This document shows positions 46,266 to 57,782 of a DNA stretch of 64,000 nt, in pieces. Both the position numbers and the translations under genes were made by a program. The notes under the pieces are model-generated. The model had not been told where the DNA came from, ran no database searches, and saw only the letters and a program-made list of their open reading frames with translations. Each line of letters begins with the position of its first letter. The stretch's first letter is position 1. This DNA is from Ignavibacteria bacterium (GTDB lineage: Bacteria > Bacteroidota > Ignavibacteria > Kapaibacteriales > UBA961). Location of the stretch: the NCBI GenBank assembly GCA_016720145.1, contig JADJXV010000007.1:103426-167425 (forward strand), read 5' to 3'.

Positions 46266-46332
46266 AGGTGTGACCTGTTTTTTTCCTACTATATTGCGCA
46301 ATAAACAGGTCGCACCTACGGCGCTACAATGG
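46266..46332. repeat. Hairpin with 20-bp arms (gccgtaggtgtgacctgttt / aaacaggtcgcacctacggc). One arm recurs as the last 5'-exon nucleotides abutting the group II intron at 48335-48365
   Basis: The hairpin is an inverted repeat. Its right arm matches 48344-48365 (aaacaggtcgcccctacagggc) as a direct repeat. Confidence 0.7.
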
Positions 46333-46399
46333 TTCTTGTGGGTATATTTGGTCGAGTAGAGAGCTAACCCACAGTCTTTAGATTCCACCGTAGTTCCGT

Positions 46400-48334
46400 G
46401 TCCGCATTTCTGCTTTTGTGCCTTAGGATGTGTATTTCTTGGATGTGCATTGCTCCCCCTCACAGAACCGTGCATGAGGATTTCCCTCACACGGCTCCTC
46501 AATTGTATTCCGCACTCAGTGCTTGTAAAAGCTTACGTATATCTTTGGTTCCGGAAGTGGATACTTCGATACATACTGCTTAAAACTCTCCCAAGTGTAG
46601 CTCTTCTTCTGACTACGACGGTTGAGCCACTTGTAGAGAAGTTTCTTTACTCGGTCTTTGTAATTCCATAATGATTTGCTGTTTTCACTTACACCATAAT
46701 AGTGATAGTGACCACGTACCATTTGGGATATACTTTCCCAAAGTTCTTGCAGCGTATAGGTATTCTTGTGTTCCTTCAGGAAGATGCTCACCTTACGGAT
46801 GCCAAGGCGGAAGCGGGACTTACTTGTCCGCCTACATACCTTGAATTTGCCTGCTCGGGTTTTACCGCAGTAATGGGTAAACCCAAGAAAGTCAAACGTG
46901 CCCGGATGTTTGTTCTCGTCGCTTGTGTCCGTATTACGACCAAATTTTACTACCGATGTCTTGGTTTCCGATAATTCAAGCTTGAACTTCGCAAGCCGTA
47001 ATCGCAAAGCTTCCAATATCAATGTGCAGTCCGATTCTCGTTCTACAAGTATGATAAAGTCGTTCTGCATACCGTACTATCGATGCATAGCCTTGAAGCT
47101 CTTTCTTCAATCCTTTCTCGAACCAAATGTCAAGCACATAATGAAGGTATATGTTTGCTAAGATTGGGCTAATGATGCCGCCTTGGGGCGTTCCCTTGTC
47201 GCTCGCTCTAAAGCTACCTTCATCCATGATTCCTGCTTTCAGAAATCTGATAATCAGTCGAATAAATTTCTTGTCTTTTATCCGATGTTCCAGAAACTGT
47301 ACTAACCAATCATGGTTAACATTGTCGAAAAACGATTTAATATCTGCATCGATAATATAGTTTACGCGCTTGAGGGTTATCTCTTGAAGTACCTGCTTCA
47401 ACGCATCGTGACAACCCATCTTTTCTCTAAAGCCATAGGATGAATCAATAAAACTTGGGTCGAATACTGCCGTTAGTATCGAGGATATTCCTTTCCTGGA
47501 CTATCTTGTCCTCTGTCGAGGGAATGCCCAATGCGCGTTCCTCCTCGTTCTTTCGGTATTTCCTTCTTACGCACGGCTTGCGGACGATACGACATGCTTT
47601 TCATCCGTTCTACCAATCCACTAAGATTCGCTTCAAGCGATTCTCCGTATTCTTCTACACTCACTCCGTCTATGCCAAGTGCCTTCTTACGGGGAAGTTC
47701 GGCATAGCACGTTCTAAAGTACTCCTCGTTCAGCAAGCTTGCCAATGAGCCAAACTTGTATTTGGGAGAGTCCTTCGAGACCTTGCTTAGTTGTATAAGT
47801 TTCGTTGCCGTATCTGATTGTGTTCTATGAGCCATATACGTTTCCTTTATACAATACATACAATTGTCAGCCCCTTCGCGCTACACCAGAATTGAATGCT
47901 TCTGCATGCATACCTCTGCTTTCGCAGAGCTTGACGCTACTATGGGCTAATCCGACTTCCATTATACCGTTACGCATTCTACCCTTTTCGGATTTGGTTG
48001 CGCTTATGCCAAATGGCAAGTATAGTGGATATCCCAAGTTCCTGATATATCCGTTTGATATCATACTGCGGACTTAGACCCCGATGATGACTACATGCTC
48101 AAGCCATACGAACATGTTGTTATTGCATTCCTGTTTGTAGAGACAGTCTGCCATCATAACCTGACCTATTTCGGGGCTCAATACCTTCACTTGCGTTGCG
48201 GTCTGATATCTCCCTCGTCGTAGCTTCACTGGGCTTGTTACCTCACACAGCGTACGATTGCGGTAGCGGGTGGGTGGCTCCCTTCCCGCGAAGGATTTGC
48301 ACCTTCTGAATATACCAAGCTTCGCTTGGCGCAC
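46400..48334 (-). mobile_element. Bacterial group II intron (about 1.9 kb) with a frameshifted intron-encoded reverse transcriptase/maturase; 3' boundary approximate
   Basis: The minus strand begins GTGCGCC at 48334. The reverse-transcriptase/maturase ORF is split into three pieces on the minus strand: 47859..47473 (RT0/1: ...LNEEYFRTCYAELPRKKALGIDGVSVEEYGESLEANLSGLVERMKSMSYRPQAVRKKEIPKERGGTR), 47419..46976 (RT2-5: GCHDALKQV...IDADIKSFFDNVNH...GTPQGGIISPILANIYL...YA) and 47070..46516 (DDFIILVE...maturase X: FLGFTHY...RGHYHYYGV). Domain V (GAGCCGTGTGAGGGAAATCCTCATGCACGGTTC) lies on the minus strand at about 46461-46493. Confidence 0.8.
46516..47859 (-). pseudogene. Group II intron reverse transcriptase/maturase (intron-encoded protein) disrupted by at least two frameshifts (near 47529 and near 47060)
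   Basis: Three consecutive ORFs in different frames together cover RT domains 0-7 and the X domain. The YADD motif is split between ORFs (…SIVRYA | DDFIILVE…). Confidence 0.7.
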
Positions 48335-48403
48335 CTACAAACAGGTCGCCCCTACAGGGCTATGGATGCTGAATCTCGTTGTGGAATTTTGTTGCGGTAA
48401 CCC

Positions 48404-48440
48404 ACAAAAAAAGCGGGAAATTCAATTGAGAATTTCCCGC
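48404..48440 (-). terminator. Rho-independent terminator of mdh
   Basis: gcgggaaatt-caattgag-aatttcccgc is followed on the minus strand by a T7 run. Confidence 0.75.
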
Positions 48441-48463
48441 TTATCATTTTATCTACTAATGAC

Positions 48464-49438
<975 letters not shown>

Positions 49439-49506
49439 CTATGTAATGTCTTTTGTGGGCAGTCAGTTACCGCGATTCATCCAAAAGTTGAATAGAATGA
49501 AACCAA

Positions 49507-49926
49507 CTAACGCCAACCAGCTATATTCAGATACTCTTTCGCAGTCATAACGGGAAGAGACGAATTTTTAAAATCTTTTTTATTCCTTGTAATAATTCCT
49601 TCTAAGCCAATTTCAAGTGCAGTATTATATTGAATTGCATCTTCAAAATCTTTGAAATCCGAGACTAAAGCAAGCTCTATTATTTTATTATCCAATGAAG
49701 CAACTTCTACCAACACTTTGAATTTTATAAGAATTTTTCTTGCTTCATCTAGCTTATGTTGTTTTGCTAGTAAATAATGAGCGTTCGCTAATGTAAGGGA
49801 CGAAACAAAAAGCTCGACTTGTTTGGCATCCGCAAGCGAGAACAATTCTTGAGCTTCCTCAAAAAAATCTTCACGGCGGGCAAGCAAATCAACTACAATA
49901 TTCGTATCAACTAAGAGCTTTTTCAT
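49507..49926 (-). CDS. vapC: PIN-domain protein (VapC-like type II toxin)
   Basis: MKKLLVDTNIVVDLL... carries an N-terminal acidic D, a conserved E and later D residues. It sits immediately downstream of a small gene with 1-nt overlap. Confidence 0.65.
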   Translation of the reverse strand: MKKLLVDTNIVVDLLARREDFFEEAQELFSLADAKQVELFVSSLTLANAHYLLAKQHKLDEARKILIKFKVLVEVASLDNKIIELALVSDFKDFEDAIQYNTALEIGLEGIITRNKKDFKNSSLPVMTAKEYLNIAGWR

Positions 49927-50168
49927 TACGAGTATTTCTCAGTAAGATAATCGTGGTATTCGTTTTTATCATCCAACTGTTCACTAGCAATTACACCTGT
50001 TAAACTCTGTACCAAAGGGCTGATTTTAATTTTTTTCTTCGGATTTGACGTGAGGGAAATGAGATAGCTTTCGATAAGTTTTGAAAGACTTACACGATTA
50101 TCTTTGGCAAAGTCTTTTGCTTGAACAAGGATATCTTTGTCAAGTTGCAATGTAAGATTTGTTTTCAT
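49926..50168 (-). CDS. Putative antitoxin (small DNA-binding protein) partner of the PIN-domain gene
   Basis: 80-aa protein MKTNLTLQLDKDILVQAKDFAKDNRVSLSKLIESYL... Its gene context matches a VapB-type antitoxin. Confidence 0.5.
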   Translation of the reverse strand: MKTNLTLQLDKDILVQAKDFAKDNRVSLSKLIESYLISLTSNPKKKIKISPLVQSLTGVIASEQLDDKNEYHDYLTEKYS

Positions 50169-50205
50169 GATTTTCGCAAATCAAAATTTAAAAATTTCCT
50201 TAGAA

Positions 50206-51501
50206 TTAACTATTCAATGCCTGCAAGAATTCACGATTGCTTCTCGTGGCTTGGAGGCGTTCCTGCATAAGCTCCATTGCATCCATCGGCGTGAGCTCGC
50301 TGAGTACTTTGCGGAGAATCCAGATACGGTTGAGTTCTTCCGGTGTGAGCAGCAATTCCTCGTGCCGTGTACCCGATTTATTGACATCAATTGCCGGGAA
50401 AATGCGACGCTCGGATAATTTCCGGTCGAGCACAAGTTCCATATTTCCCGTTCCCTTAAACTCCTCAAAAATCACCTCATCCATTCTGCTTCCGGTATCG
50501 ATCAAAGCAGTCGCGATGATCGTGAGCGAACCTCCTTCTTCGATATTCCGAGCTGCACCGAAGAAGCGCTTTGGCTTATGGAGGGCGTATGCATCGACAC
50601 CACCGGAGAGTATCTTGCCGGAGTGTGGAGTGACGGTATTATGCGCGCGGGCTAAGCGGGTAATCGAGTCTAAGAGGATGATTACATCTTGCTTAGCTTC
50701 GACGAGACGTTTGGCTTTTTCGAGTACCATATCCGCTACTTGTACGTGGCGCTCTGGTGGCTCATCAAAGGTAGAGGCAAGGACTTCGGCGCGAACGGAA
50801 CGCTGCATATCGGTCACTTCTTCCGGGCGTTCGTCGATGAGGAGCACGATGAGCTTTGCTTCAGGGTGATTACGAGCAATTGCATTAGCCATTTTTTGCA
50901 GGAGCACTGTTTTACCGGACTTTGGAGGCGAGACAATCAATCCGCGCTGACCTTTACCGATCGGCGAAAGAATATCAATAATACGGGTCGATGCTTCTGT
51001 GGGTAATGTTTCGAGCTTGAGGCGTTTGTCAGGGTAGAGCGGGGTGAGGTTGTCGAAGATCGTTCTGTCTCGCATGATGTCCGGCGATACGAAATTCACC
51101 GATTCGACTTTGAGAAGTGCAAAGAAACGTTCGCCTTCTTTTGGTGGGCGCACATGTCCTCTAATGGTATCTCCTGTACGCAGTCCGAACTTTTTAATTT
51201 GAGATGGAGACACGTAAATATCATCCGGAGAAGGAAGATAGTTGTAGTCAGCGGCTCTCAGGAATCCATATCCGTCGCCTAATGTTTCCAAGACGCCTTC
51301 ACCTACTGTTCCCTCTGACTGTAAATCTTTGCTTTGCTTCAGCGATTGTGCCTCAATAATACGGAATATCAGGTCTTGCTTTCGTAAGTCTGAATAATCA
51401 TCAATATTAAGTAACTTGGCAATTTGGGTGAGTTCGACAATTTTTTTGGCTTTTAGGTCGGCGATATTAATAACATGGGAGGCGGGAGTATCATTTGCCA
51501 T
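50206..51501 (-). CDS. rho: Transcription termination factor Rho
   Basis: N-terminal domain and CSD-like RNA-binding region (...[15 protein letters not shown]...[14 protein letters not shown]...[18 protein letters not shown]), Walker [16 protein letters not shown], and Q/R loops. Start at the ATG at 51501. The ORF-track ORF begins 63 nt upstream. Confidence 0.9.
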   Translation of the reverse strand: MANDTPASHVINIADLKAKKIVELTQIAKLLNIDDYSDLRKQDLIFRIIEAQSLKQSKDLQSEGTVGEGVLETLGDGYGFLRAADYNYLPSPDDIYVSPSQIKKFGLRTGDTIRGHVRPPKEGERFFALLKVESVNFVSPDIMRDRTIFDNLTPLYPDKRLKLETLPTEASTRIIDILSPIGKGQRGLIVSPPKSGKTVLLQKMANAIARNHPEAKLIVLLIDERPEEVTDMQRSVRAEVLASTFDEPPERHVQVADMVLEKAKRLVEAKQDVIILLDSITRLARAHNTVTPHSGKILSGGVDAYALHKPKRFFGAARNIEEGGSLTIIATALIDTGSRMDEVIFEEFKGTGNMELVLDRKLSERRIFPAIDVNKSGTRHEELLLTPEELNRIWILRKVLSELTPMDAMELMQERLQATRSNREFLQALNS

Positions 51502-51871
51502 AGATTCCTCTGGGGATGTGGATAGGGGGTAATACAAAAAAGTTCGCGTTGCAAGAACGCACACTACATGTCTGTTGAAGTTTAAAAAGCATTTGTTGAA
51601 TCGGAATAGTCTAACTGCGAAGGAGAACCTTGGCGGAGCATTTTTGGCTAAAACGAGGGTGTTAATTCGTTTTGCGGTTAGTTTTCATGCAAAGTTAGGA
51701 CGTTTTTCCCGATAAGCAAAGAAAAAAAATATAATACTGTATTTAAAACTCTGACACGGGTAGTTTTACGTTGAACTTCTTGGATAATTGAGCAAGTCCG
51801 GGCATAACATTTCTTGCTATTAATCACAGATGCTATGTAGTCCGAGGGTTCGAACCAAAAAAAACCTTTGG

Positions 51872-51960
51872 CAAAAACTGAAATTACCGTAAGTTATCAT
51901 TGCAAGATATCATTGTAAGTTATCATTGCAAGTTAGCGTTGTAAGTTATCATTGGATAAA
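51872..51960 (+). promoter_or_regulatory. Conserved upstream element AAACTGAAATTACCGTAAGTTATCATTG followed by five tandem 13-14-bp repeats (GTTATCATTG[CT]AA)
   Basis: ggcaaaaactgaaattaccgtaagttatcattgcaa-gatatcattgtaa-gttatcattgcaa-gttagcgttgtaa-gttatcattgg. A single-copy homologue (gggcagaaactgaaattactgtaagttaccattg) lies at 63775-63808, upstream of the next paralogue. Confidence 0.4.
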
Positions 51961-54900
51961 TTGTTAAGTCATATAACTATTTCAGCTCTTTTTTTCGAGA
52001 GGAGTTTCATGCGCTTTCTACTTCTTGTATTTTTTTTATCAGCAATTCAATGGGTCTCAGCCTCCGAAACCCCTCCACAACTGCGCAATTCAACGCCAAC
52101 ATTTACCGCCAATCGCGGGCAAATCATCAGCACCGATAATCTGCCTGTACCTGATATTCAATTTACCGCAGGGCAGTCCGGTAGCGTTCAGGCATTTATT
52201 ACTCCAACATGCGTGAGCTATGTATTTCCAAAAATTGAACTTAAACCCAAGTCAAATCTTCAAAATCTCACCAAAGAATTCCCCAAACGTCTTGATACGA
52301 TGCAAGCAATTATCACCGAACTCTACAGAATGGATATGGAGTTTATTGGTGCTAATCCTAATGCGCATATTTCGGGCACCGAACAAGCAAGCGACTATAC
52401 AAATTATTACTTAGCACATTGTCCTCAAGGAATTACCCATGTACCTTCCTTTGCTAAGCTCATTGTAAAGGACATCTATCCACAGATCGATGCAGTCTGG
52501 AAAACAACCGAACGAGGACTAAAATATGAGTTTATTGTACGCCCCGGCGGTGATTACCGACAGATTAAAATGCGCTATACCGGCGCTGATATTACGCAGA
52601 ATTCAGGACTTATCACCGCTACCACACCACTTGGAAGTATTCGGGATGAATCGCCGGTGTCATTTCAGAATGAAAATAAAATACCTACTCAATTTCATAA
52701 AAACAAAGATAGTTATGGCTTTACTGTCGCAGAATATGACCATAGTCAGTCAATTGTCATCGACCCGATGGTCGTCTGGGCGACGTATCAAAAAATTGGA
52801 CCGGATAACGATCCTTTAGTTTTGTTTACCGGACAAGGTCTTCAGGGAATGCGGCTTGATGCCAATGGTAATATTGTTATTGTTGGTGGTGTGAGTTCCA
52901 ATAATTTTCCTGCATCAACTGGAGCTTACAAAACCACATACACCCCCAGCGAAGCCCAAGGTGCGGGTCGTGATTGCTACCTTGCAAAATTCGATAATAA
53001 CGGTACTCGGCTCTGGGGTACGTATTATGGCGGAACCGGATATGAGTCGTCGAAGTCATTATATCTTCCAACCAATATTCTAACTATTGATGGAAACAAC
53101 GATATAGTATTTGTATCTTCCCAATATGTAGGACCATCCCAAGTTGTTAAATTTTCAGGCAATGGAGCGATCATTTGGACCTCGAATTATGGTACAGGCG
53201 AAGCATGGTCGGTCACCACCGATCCATCGAATAATGTGATTGTTGTTGGCTGGACACATTCGACTAATTTTCCTACATCTGGTTCTGTTTTTCAACCAAC
53301 CAATTCAAACTCTCAGGGTGTCGCTATTGTCACCAAATTTAATTCTTCCGGGAGTCGCCTTTGGGCTACGTACTTTGGTAATAATGTAGCAAGCGCTGAA
53401 TATACGTTTAATTATTTCAGTGGTGTAACAACTGATAATTCAGGTAATATATATACAGTCGGCGAAGCTTGGGGGAATGGCTTTCCGACGACAACCGGCA
53501 CATTTCAACCGGTTAATGATACCAATTTTTATAAAATTACCGTAGCCAGCTTGGACCCCATCGGACAGCGTAGATGGGCTACTTTTCATGGATGTGGAAT
53601 TGCCAATGATATAATTTGTGATAATAATAATCTCTATGTAGTAGGCACTACTCAAAGTAATACGCTCTTCGATGTGACCGTTGGCACCTATATTATAAAT
53701 GGTACAAGTGATGTCTGTATTTTTTCACTTGATAATACTACCGGCAACCGTAATAGCAGCTCATGGTCTCGTCTTTTCGGAGGAACAGATTTTCCAAGCG
53801 ATGTTTGGAAGTACGGTGTCGTTGATCACGGTCAAAGCATCGCTTTTGGTCCTGATAATGATATATGGGTTGGCGGTATAGCGGGGAATTCGAGTAATTT
53901 TCCTATAATCAATGTAGCGACCAATCCACCGTGGACGTATTCTATCCAACAAGGATTTAAAGGCGGTACGTCCGACGGATTCTTTGCTCAATTCAATAAA
54001 GCAACCGGTGAAGCTAAATATTCGACGCTTTTTGGATCGACCGCCAGTGATTATGGTGGCTTTGTCGTACCCTACGGCAGCTCTAGTTTGTTCTTCGGGA
54101 TTTGTTCAGGTGATGAAGGTTCGGGTACTTCTTTCCCTGTACCAACCAATCGGCGAATCGGTAATCCTGCCAGTGTCACCATCGCCAAAATCTGCACCTC
54201 CTACGGCACACTCACCGACGCAGGTTCGGATGCTGTGCTTTGTTCCGGTGATACTGTTCAAATAGGCGGTGTGCCTCTCACCGGAAGTTCGTATGTCTGG
54301 ACTTCTGCCGCTCCTGCTGACCTCTCCAGCTTGACTATTGCTAATCCTAAAGCATTCCCTACCAATACCACTGCTACTCAATACAAAGTAAAATACTTCC
54401 TCGAGCAAACGGACGCAAGCGGGTGCTATGGCAGAGATACCGTCGAACTAACTGTTCGCCCAAGTCCTGCCGTCACTCCTCTACCTCAAAACCCTCAATG
54501 CATCGGAAGCGTCGGTACCTACGCTTTAACCGGTATGTACACGCCACTCATTACCGACCGATTTACCTGGGAAGCAGGTGGCGGCACCATCGTCGGCAAT
54601 AATACCGAGCAAACAGCCAATATCCGATGGACTCGCATCGGGATAGACACCGTCTATCTGACCGTCACCAATAATCTGGGATGTGCCGCAAGGGTGAAAC
54701 TCCTCGTCGAAGTGACAGCGCTCCCCGTCGTCAACGCCGGCACTGATGCCGAAGTATGCGAAGGCAAAGGTATTCAACTTGCCGGTACTGCTTCCGGTGG
54801 TACCGGCACGCTCACCTACTCATGGGTGCCAACCGTCGGTATCTCCTCCAACACGATTCTCAATCCTATCGCTACGCCTAATCAACCTATTACCGATTAT

Positions 54901-56976
54901 ATTCTTACCGTTATCGATGCGCGAGGATGTGTGAATTATGATACTGTTCGTATCATCATGAACCCAAAACCAGTCGCCTTCGCCGGTGAAGACAAACAAA
55001 TCTGTATCGGCGAAAGCGCGCAACTATCTGCGTCAGTGACCAGCGGTATCGAACCGTATATGGCTACCTGGACTCCTACCACAGGACTCAGTAATCCGAA
55101 TATCTCCGATCCCGTCGCCAAGCCAACCGTCACTACTGACTACGCCTACTCCGTTACGGACGCCAAAGGATGCAAAAGCACCGATACCATACGCGTCGTC
55201 GTCTATCCTAAGCCGATTCTTTCCGCTATTCCACCTACTTTAGACTTCGGTAAATTAGACGGCTGTACGTCGTCCATCGAAAAAATAGACTCTATTGCCA
55301 ATACCGGTTCTGTTGAAGTGACCCTCACCGCTGCTACTCCCGATGATCCGTCCTTCAGTGTTAGTTCGGGATTCCCAATTAAGATTCCTGCAGGACAAAA
55401 AGCAGCGATTCGTATTCAGTATGCGCCTGTCTCTATCGGACAAAAAACAGGGAAAATCACCTTCGAAGGCACTCCGTGCGGGATTGTACTCCCCGTCAAT
55501 GTGATTGGCGAAAAACTCAATCTTGCTGTTAAAAATGTTCCGTCAGCCGTGGACTTCGGTCAAAGTATATCCTGCACCAATCGCTCCGCTGATACGCTGA
55601 TTACGATTACCAATACCGGCACCGATATTCTCACTCTCGTGCAACCTCTTATTCTACCGCCTTATACGACTTCTGCTACGTTCCCTATCACCATCAACGT
55701 CGGTGCTGATACCAAGATTCCGATTCGCTATGCGCCGATTGCTGATGGTAATTACGCGCAAACACTCCGCTTTCCCTTCTCGGCAGGCGCGTGTAAGGAT
55801 ACCATCAAAGTCGCTATGAATGGCGTGAGTGTTTCACACTCTGTAACGGCCAACCCTACACCGCTCCAATTCCCGGCTTTATCCGGTTGCGAATCGTTCC
55901 GCGATACGACGATAGTTCTTGAAAATACTAGTGTTGTGGATGTGAGAATTGACTCGGCTAGTGGCGGTGGGATGTTCAAAGTAACGGCGCCTGCCCTGCC
56001 GTTTACCCTCAAAGCAGGTGAAAAACGGGATGTGACGATACGGTTCGAACCGACCATCACCGGCGCAATTCAAAATGATCTGCAGTTCGTCTATAGCCCA
56101 TGCAGCAAACGTGTCACCATGCAATTCTCCGGCAATAAACAAGGTGCGAGCTTTGCTGTAGCTGACACACTCGATGCCGGTGAAATTATCGCTTGTGCCA
56201 AGCAATCGGCTACCGTCCAACTCACCATCGAAAATACGAGCAGTGGTGGGGCAAGTGGCGGAGTGACCGTCGTTACGCCCGGCGCGTCCATTACGACAAC
56301 TCTCAAAAATGGTGAAACCCTTCCGAATGGAACACCACAGAAATACGACGTGACCATCACACCACTTACCGACGGTACCTTCCTCGACTCCATGATGATT
56401 GTCTTTAATCCATGCGGTATTACCAAGATGGTCTATGTCAAGGGAAAACGTACCAATGTTGCGTTCAAAGCAGATATTGCAACGATCGATTTTGGGAAAA
56501 TTCCATCCGGAATGAATAAACCGCTTCCCGCGACTTTTACCAATACCGGTACGACGGCATTGACCGTGTCGAGTGTGCCGAATCTGACACTTCCATTCTC
56601 CATTCTCTCCATCACTCCACCACTACCTGCAATTCTCCAACCTAACGATAAATTGACCGTTACGATTCAATACACCGGTGTGACAGGTATTCAAGCAAGT
56701 AAACTATTTGCTGTGGCTACTTTGCCATGTATTGCTTCCGACAGCATCGCGCTTTCGGGTGAAGGCGAAGTAAGTGCATTGCCATCGTTTGCTTCTACTA
56801 AATTCCTGCAAACAGACAGTATTTGTATTGGTAAAGACACGCTCCTCTCTGTTCGTTTGGCGAATAATGGCGGTGTGAATTTACAGGTACAGCAAGCGCT
56901 TGCGACGGGTTCGGCGGACTTTACCGTGCTTGGTTTTGCGCCGCGATCGCTCGCTTCGGGGACAATATGGATGTGA
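51952..56976 (+). CDS. Giant T9SS-secreted surface protein (N-terminal FTANRGQ module, SBBP-like repeats, many Ig-like/choice-of-anchor-D-like domains). The C-terminal part continues in 56967..57782 after a frameshift
   Basis: The probable true start is the ATG at 52009 (MRFLLLVFFLSAIQWVSA). This gene ends ...LGFAPRSLASGTIWM*, where the paralogue reads ...LGFVPQTLASGNSMDVQVRYTPTSIG. That places a 1-nt indel near 56958-56970. Confidence 0.8.
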   Translation: MDKLLSHITISALFFERSFMRFLLLVFFLSAIQWVSASETPPQLRNSTPTFTANRGQIISTDNLPVPDIQFTAGQSGSVQAFITPTCVSYVFPKIELKPKSNLQNLTKEFPKRLDTMQAIITELYRMDMEFIGANPNAHISGTEQASDYTNYYLAHCPQGITHVPSFAKLIVKDIYPQIDAVWKTTERGLKYEFIVRPGGDYRQIKMRYTGADITQNSGLITATTPLGSIRDESPVSFQNENKIPTQFHKNKDSYGFTVAEYDHSQSIVIDPMVVWATYQKIGPDNDPLVLFTGQGLQGMRLDANGNIVIVGGVSSNNFPASTGAYKTTYTPSEAQGAGRDCYLAKFDNNGTRLWGTYYGGTGYESSKSLYLPTNILTIDGNNDIVFVSSQYVGPSQVVKFSGNGAIIWTSNYGTGEAWSVTTDPSNNVIVVGWTHSTNFPTSGSVFQPTNSNSQGVAIVTKFNSSGSRLWATYFGNNVASAEYTFNYFSGVTTDNSGNIYTVGEAWGNGFPTTTGTFQPVNDTNFYKITVASLDPIGQRRWATFHGCGIANDIICDNNNLYVVGTTQSNTLFDVTVGTYIINGTSDVCIFSLDNTTGNRNSSSWSRLFGGTDFPSDVWKYGVVDHGQSIAFGPDNDIWVGGIAGNSSNFPIINVATNPPWTYSIQQGFKGGTSDGFFAQFNKATGEAKYSTLFGSTASDYGGFVVPYGSSSLFFGICSGDEGSGTSFPVPTNRRIGNPASVTIAKICTSYGTLTDAGSDAVLCSGDTVQIGGVPLTGSSYVWTSAAPADLSSLTIANPKAFPTNTTATQYKVKYFLEQTDASGCYGRDTVELTVRPSPAVTPLPQNPQCIGSVGTYALTGMYTPLITDRFTWEAGGGTIVGNNTEQTANIRWTRIGIDTVYLTVTNNLGCAARVKLLVEVTALPVVNAGTDAEVCEGKGIQLAGTASGGTGTLTYSWVPTVGISSNTILNPIATPNQPITDYILTVIDARGCVNYDTVRIIMNPKPVAFAGEDKQICIGESAQLSASVTSGIEPYMATWTPTTGLSNPNISDPVAKPTVTTDYAYSVTDAKGCKSTDTIRVVVYPKPILSAIPPTLDFGKLDGCTSSIEKIDSIANTGSVEVTLTAATPDDPSFSVSSGFPIKIPAGQKAAIRIQYAPVSIGQKTGKITFEGTPCGIVLPVNVIGEKLNLAVKNVPSAVDFGQSISCTNRSADTLITITNTGTDILTLVQPLILPPYTTSATFPITINVGADTKIPIRYAPIADGNYAQTLRFPFSAGACKDTIKVAMNGVSVSHSVTANPTPLQFPALSGCESFRDTTIVLENTSVVDVRIDSASGGGMFKVTAPALPFTLKAGEKRDVTIRFEPTITGAIQNDLQFVYSPCSKRVTMQFSGNKQGASFAVADTLDAGEIIACAKQSATVQLTIENTSSGGASGGVTVVTPGASITTTLKNGETLPNGTPQKYDVTITPLTDGTFLDSMMIVFNPCGITKMVYVKGKRTNVAFKADIATIDFGKIPSGMNKPLPATFTNTGTTALTVSSVPNLTLPFSILSITPPLPAILQPNDKLTVTIQYTGVTGIQASKLFAVATLPCIASDSIALSGEGEVSALPSFASTKFLQTDSICIGKDTLLSVRLANNGGVNLQVQQALATGSADFTVLGFAPRSLASGTIWM

Positions 56977-57782
56977 AAGTGCGTTATTCGCCCTCAGTTA
57001 TTGGTCTAGCAACCGGTAAAATTGTCTGGGTGACCGATCTTCTCCGTGACTCCACTGACCTCTCAGGACTCGGTAAAAGCTGTGGATTTGTACCAATTGA
57101 CACAGCTAAAACAACCATCAGCATACAAAATATCGAAGCGAATACCGGCGATAAGGTGCAAGTAACACTCAAGCTTACAAGTGAGAATGGACTTGTAAAA
57201 TCAGGCGCAACAAACTTCAAGGCAAAAGTCGGCTTCAACCGAACCATTCTCCATATCACCGACCCGGCGATTATTTGCAACAGTGGTACTAATGCAGACC
57301 GATGTGAAGTTGAAATTACCGGCACACACCAAAGCAGCAGTGATATTCTCGCTGTCACACCGGCCGAAGCCACACTTGGCAATGCAGAACGTACTAACTT
57401 AGAACTCCTCTCATTTGAATGGCTTAACGGAACGGGTGCCGTGAACGTATCACGCGTAAACGGCGAACTCATCCTCACCGATATTTGCCGTGAAGGCGGA
57501 GTACGACTCTATCAACCAACACAAATCGTGAGCTTGAGTATGGTGCCCAATCCTGCAAGCGGAAATGCTGAAATCGAATATACCCTTCGCGAGGAATCTG
57601 CGGTAAAGGTCTCGCTCGTTGATGTGTTAGGTCGTGAAGTGATGATTATTGACGAGGCGGTCAGAGGTGCGGGGACGTATAGAAAGTATGTCGAACTCTC
57701 GCTTGCCGGTGATGGGGTGTATTATCTCAGATTGCAAGCACCGAATGTGACGAAGACGGTGAGGGTGAGTCTGGTAAAGTGA
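56967..57782 (+). CDS. C-terminal portion (Ig-like domain plus T9SS sorting domain) of the preceding giant gene, in a different frame
   Basis: MDVKVRYSPSVIGLATGKIVWVTDLL...SLVDVLGREVMIIDEAVRGAGTYRKYVELSLAGDGVYYLRLQAPNVTKTVRVSLVK is about 95% identical to the C-terminus of 58808..63745. The second half is a T9SS C-terminal domain. Confidence 0.75.
   Translation: MDVKVRYSPSVIGLATGKIVWVTDLLRDSTDLSGLGKSCGFVPIDTAKTTISIQNIEANTGDKVQVTLKLTSENGLVKSGATNFKAKVGFNRTILHITDPAIICNSGTNADRCEVEITGTHQSSSDILAVTPAEATLGNAERTNLELLSFEWLNGTGAVNVSRVNGELILTDICREGGVRLYQPTQIVSLSMVPNPASGNAEIEYTLREESAVKVSLVDVLGREVMIIDEAVRGAGTYRKYVELSLAGDGVYYLRLQAPNVTKTVRVSLVK

Noticed and set aside
46242-46502. 86-aa ORF at the intron 3' end, considered as a possible HNH/En domain of the intron-encoded protein
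   Set aside because: It overlaps intron domains V/VI and the 3' exon hairpin, has no HNH motif, and the intron-encoded protein stop is clear at 46516.
51845-51870. GGTTCGAACC resembling a tRNA T-arm, and AGTCCGGGC at 51795 resembling the RNase P P4 region
   Set aside because: No acceptor, D or anticodon arms can be built around the first. The second lacks the flanking GAGGAAAGTCCGGGCTCC context.
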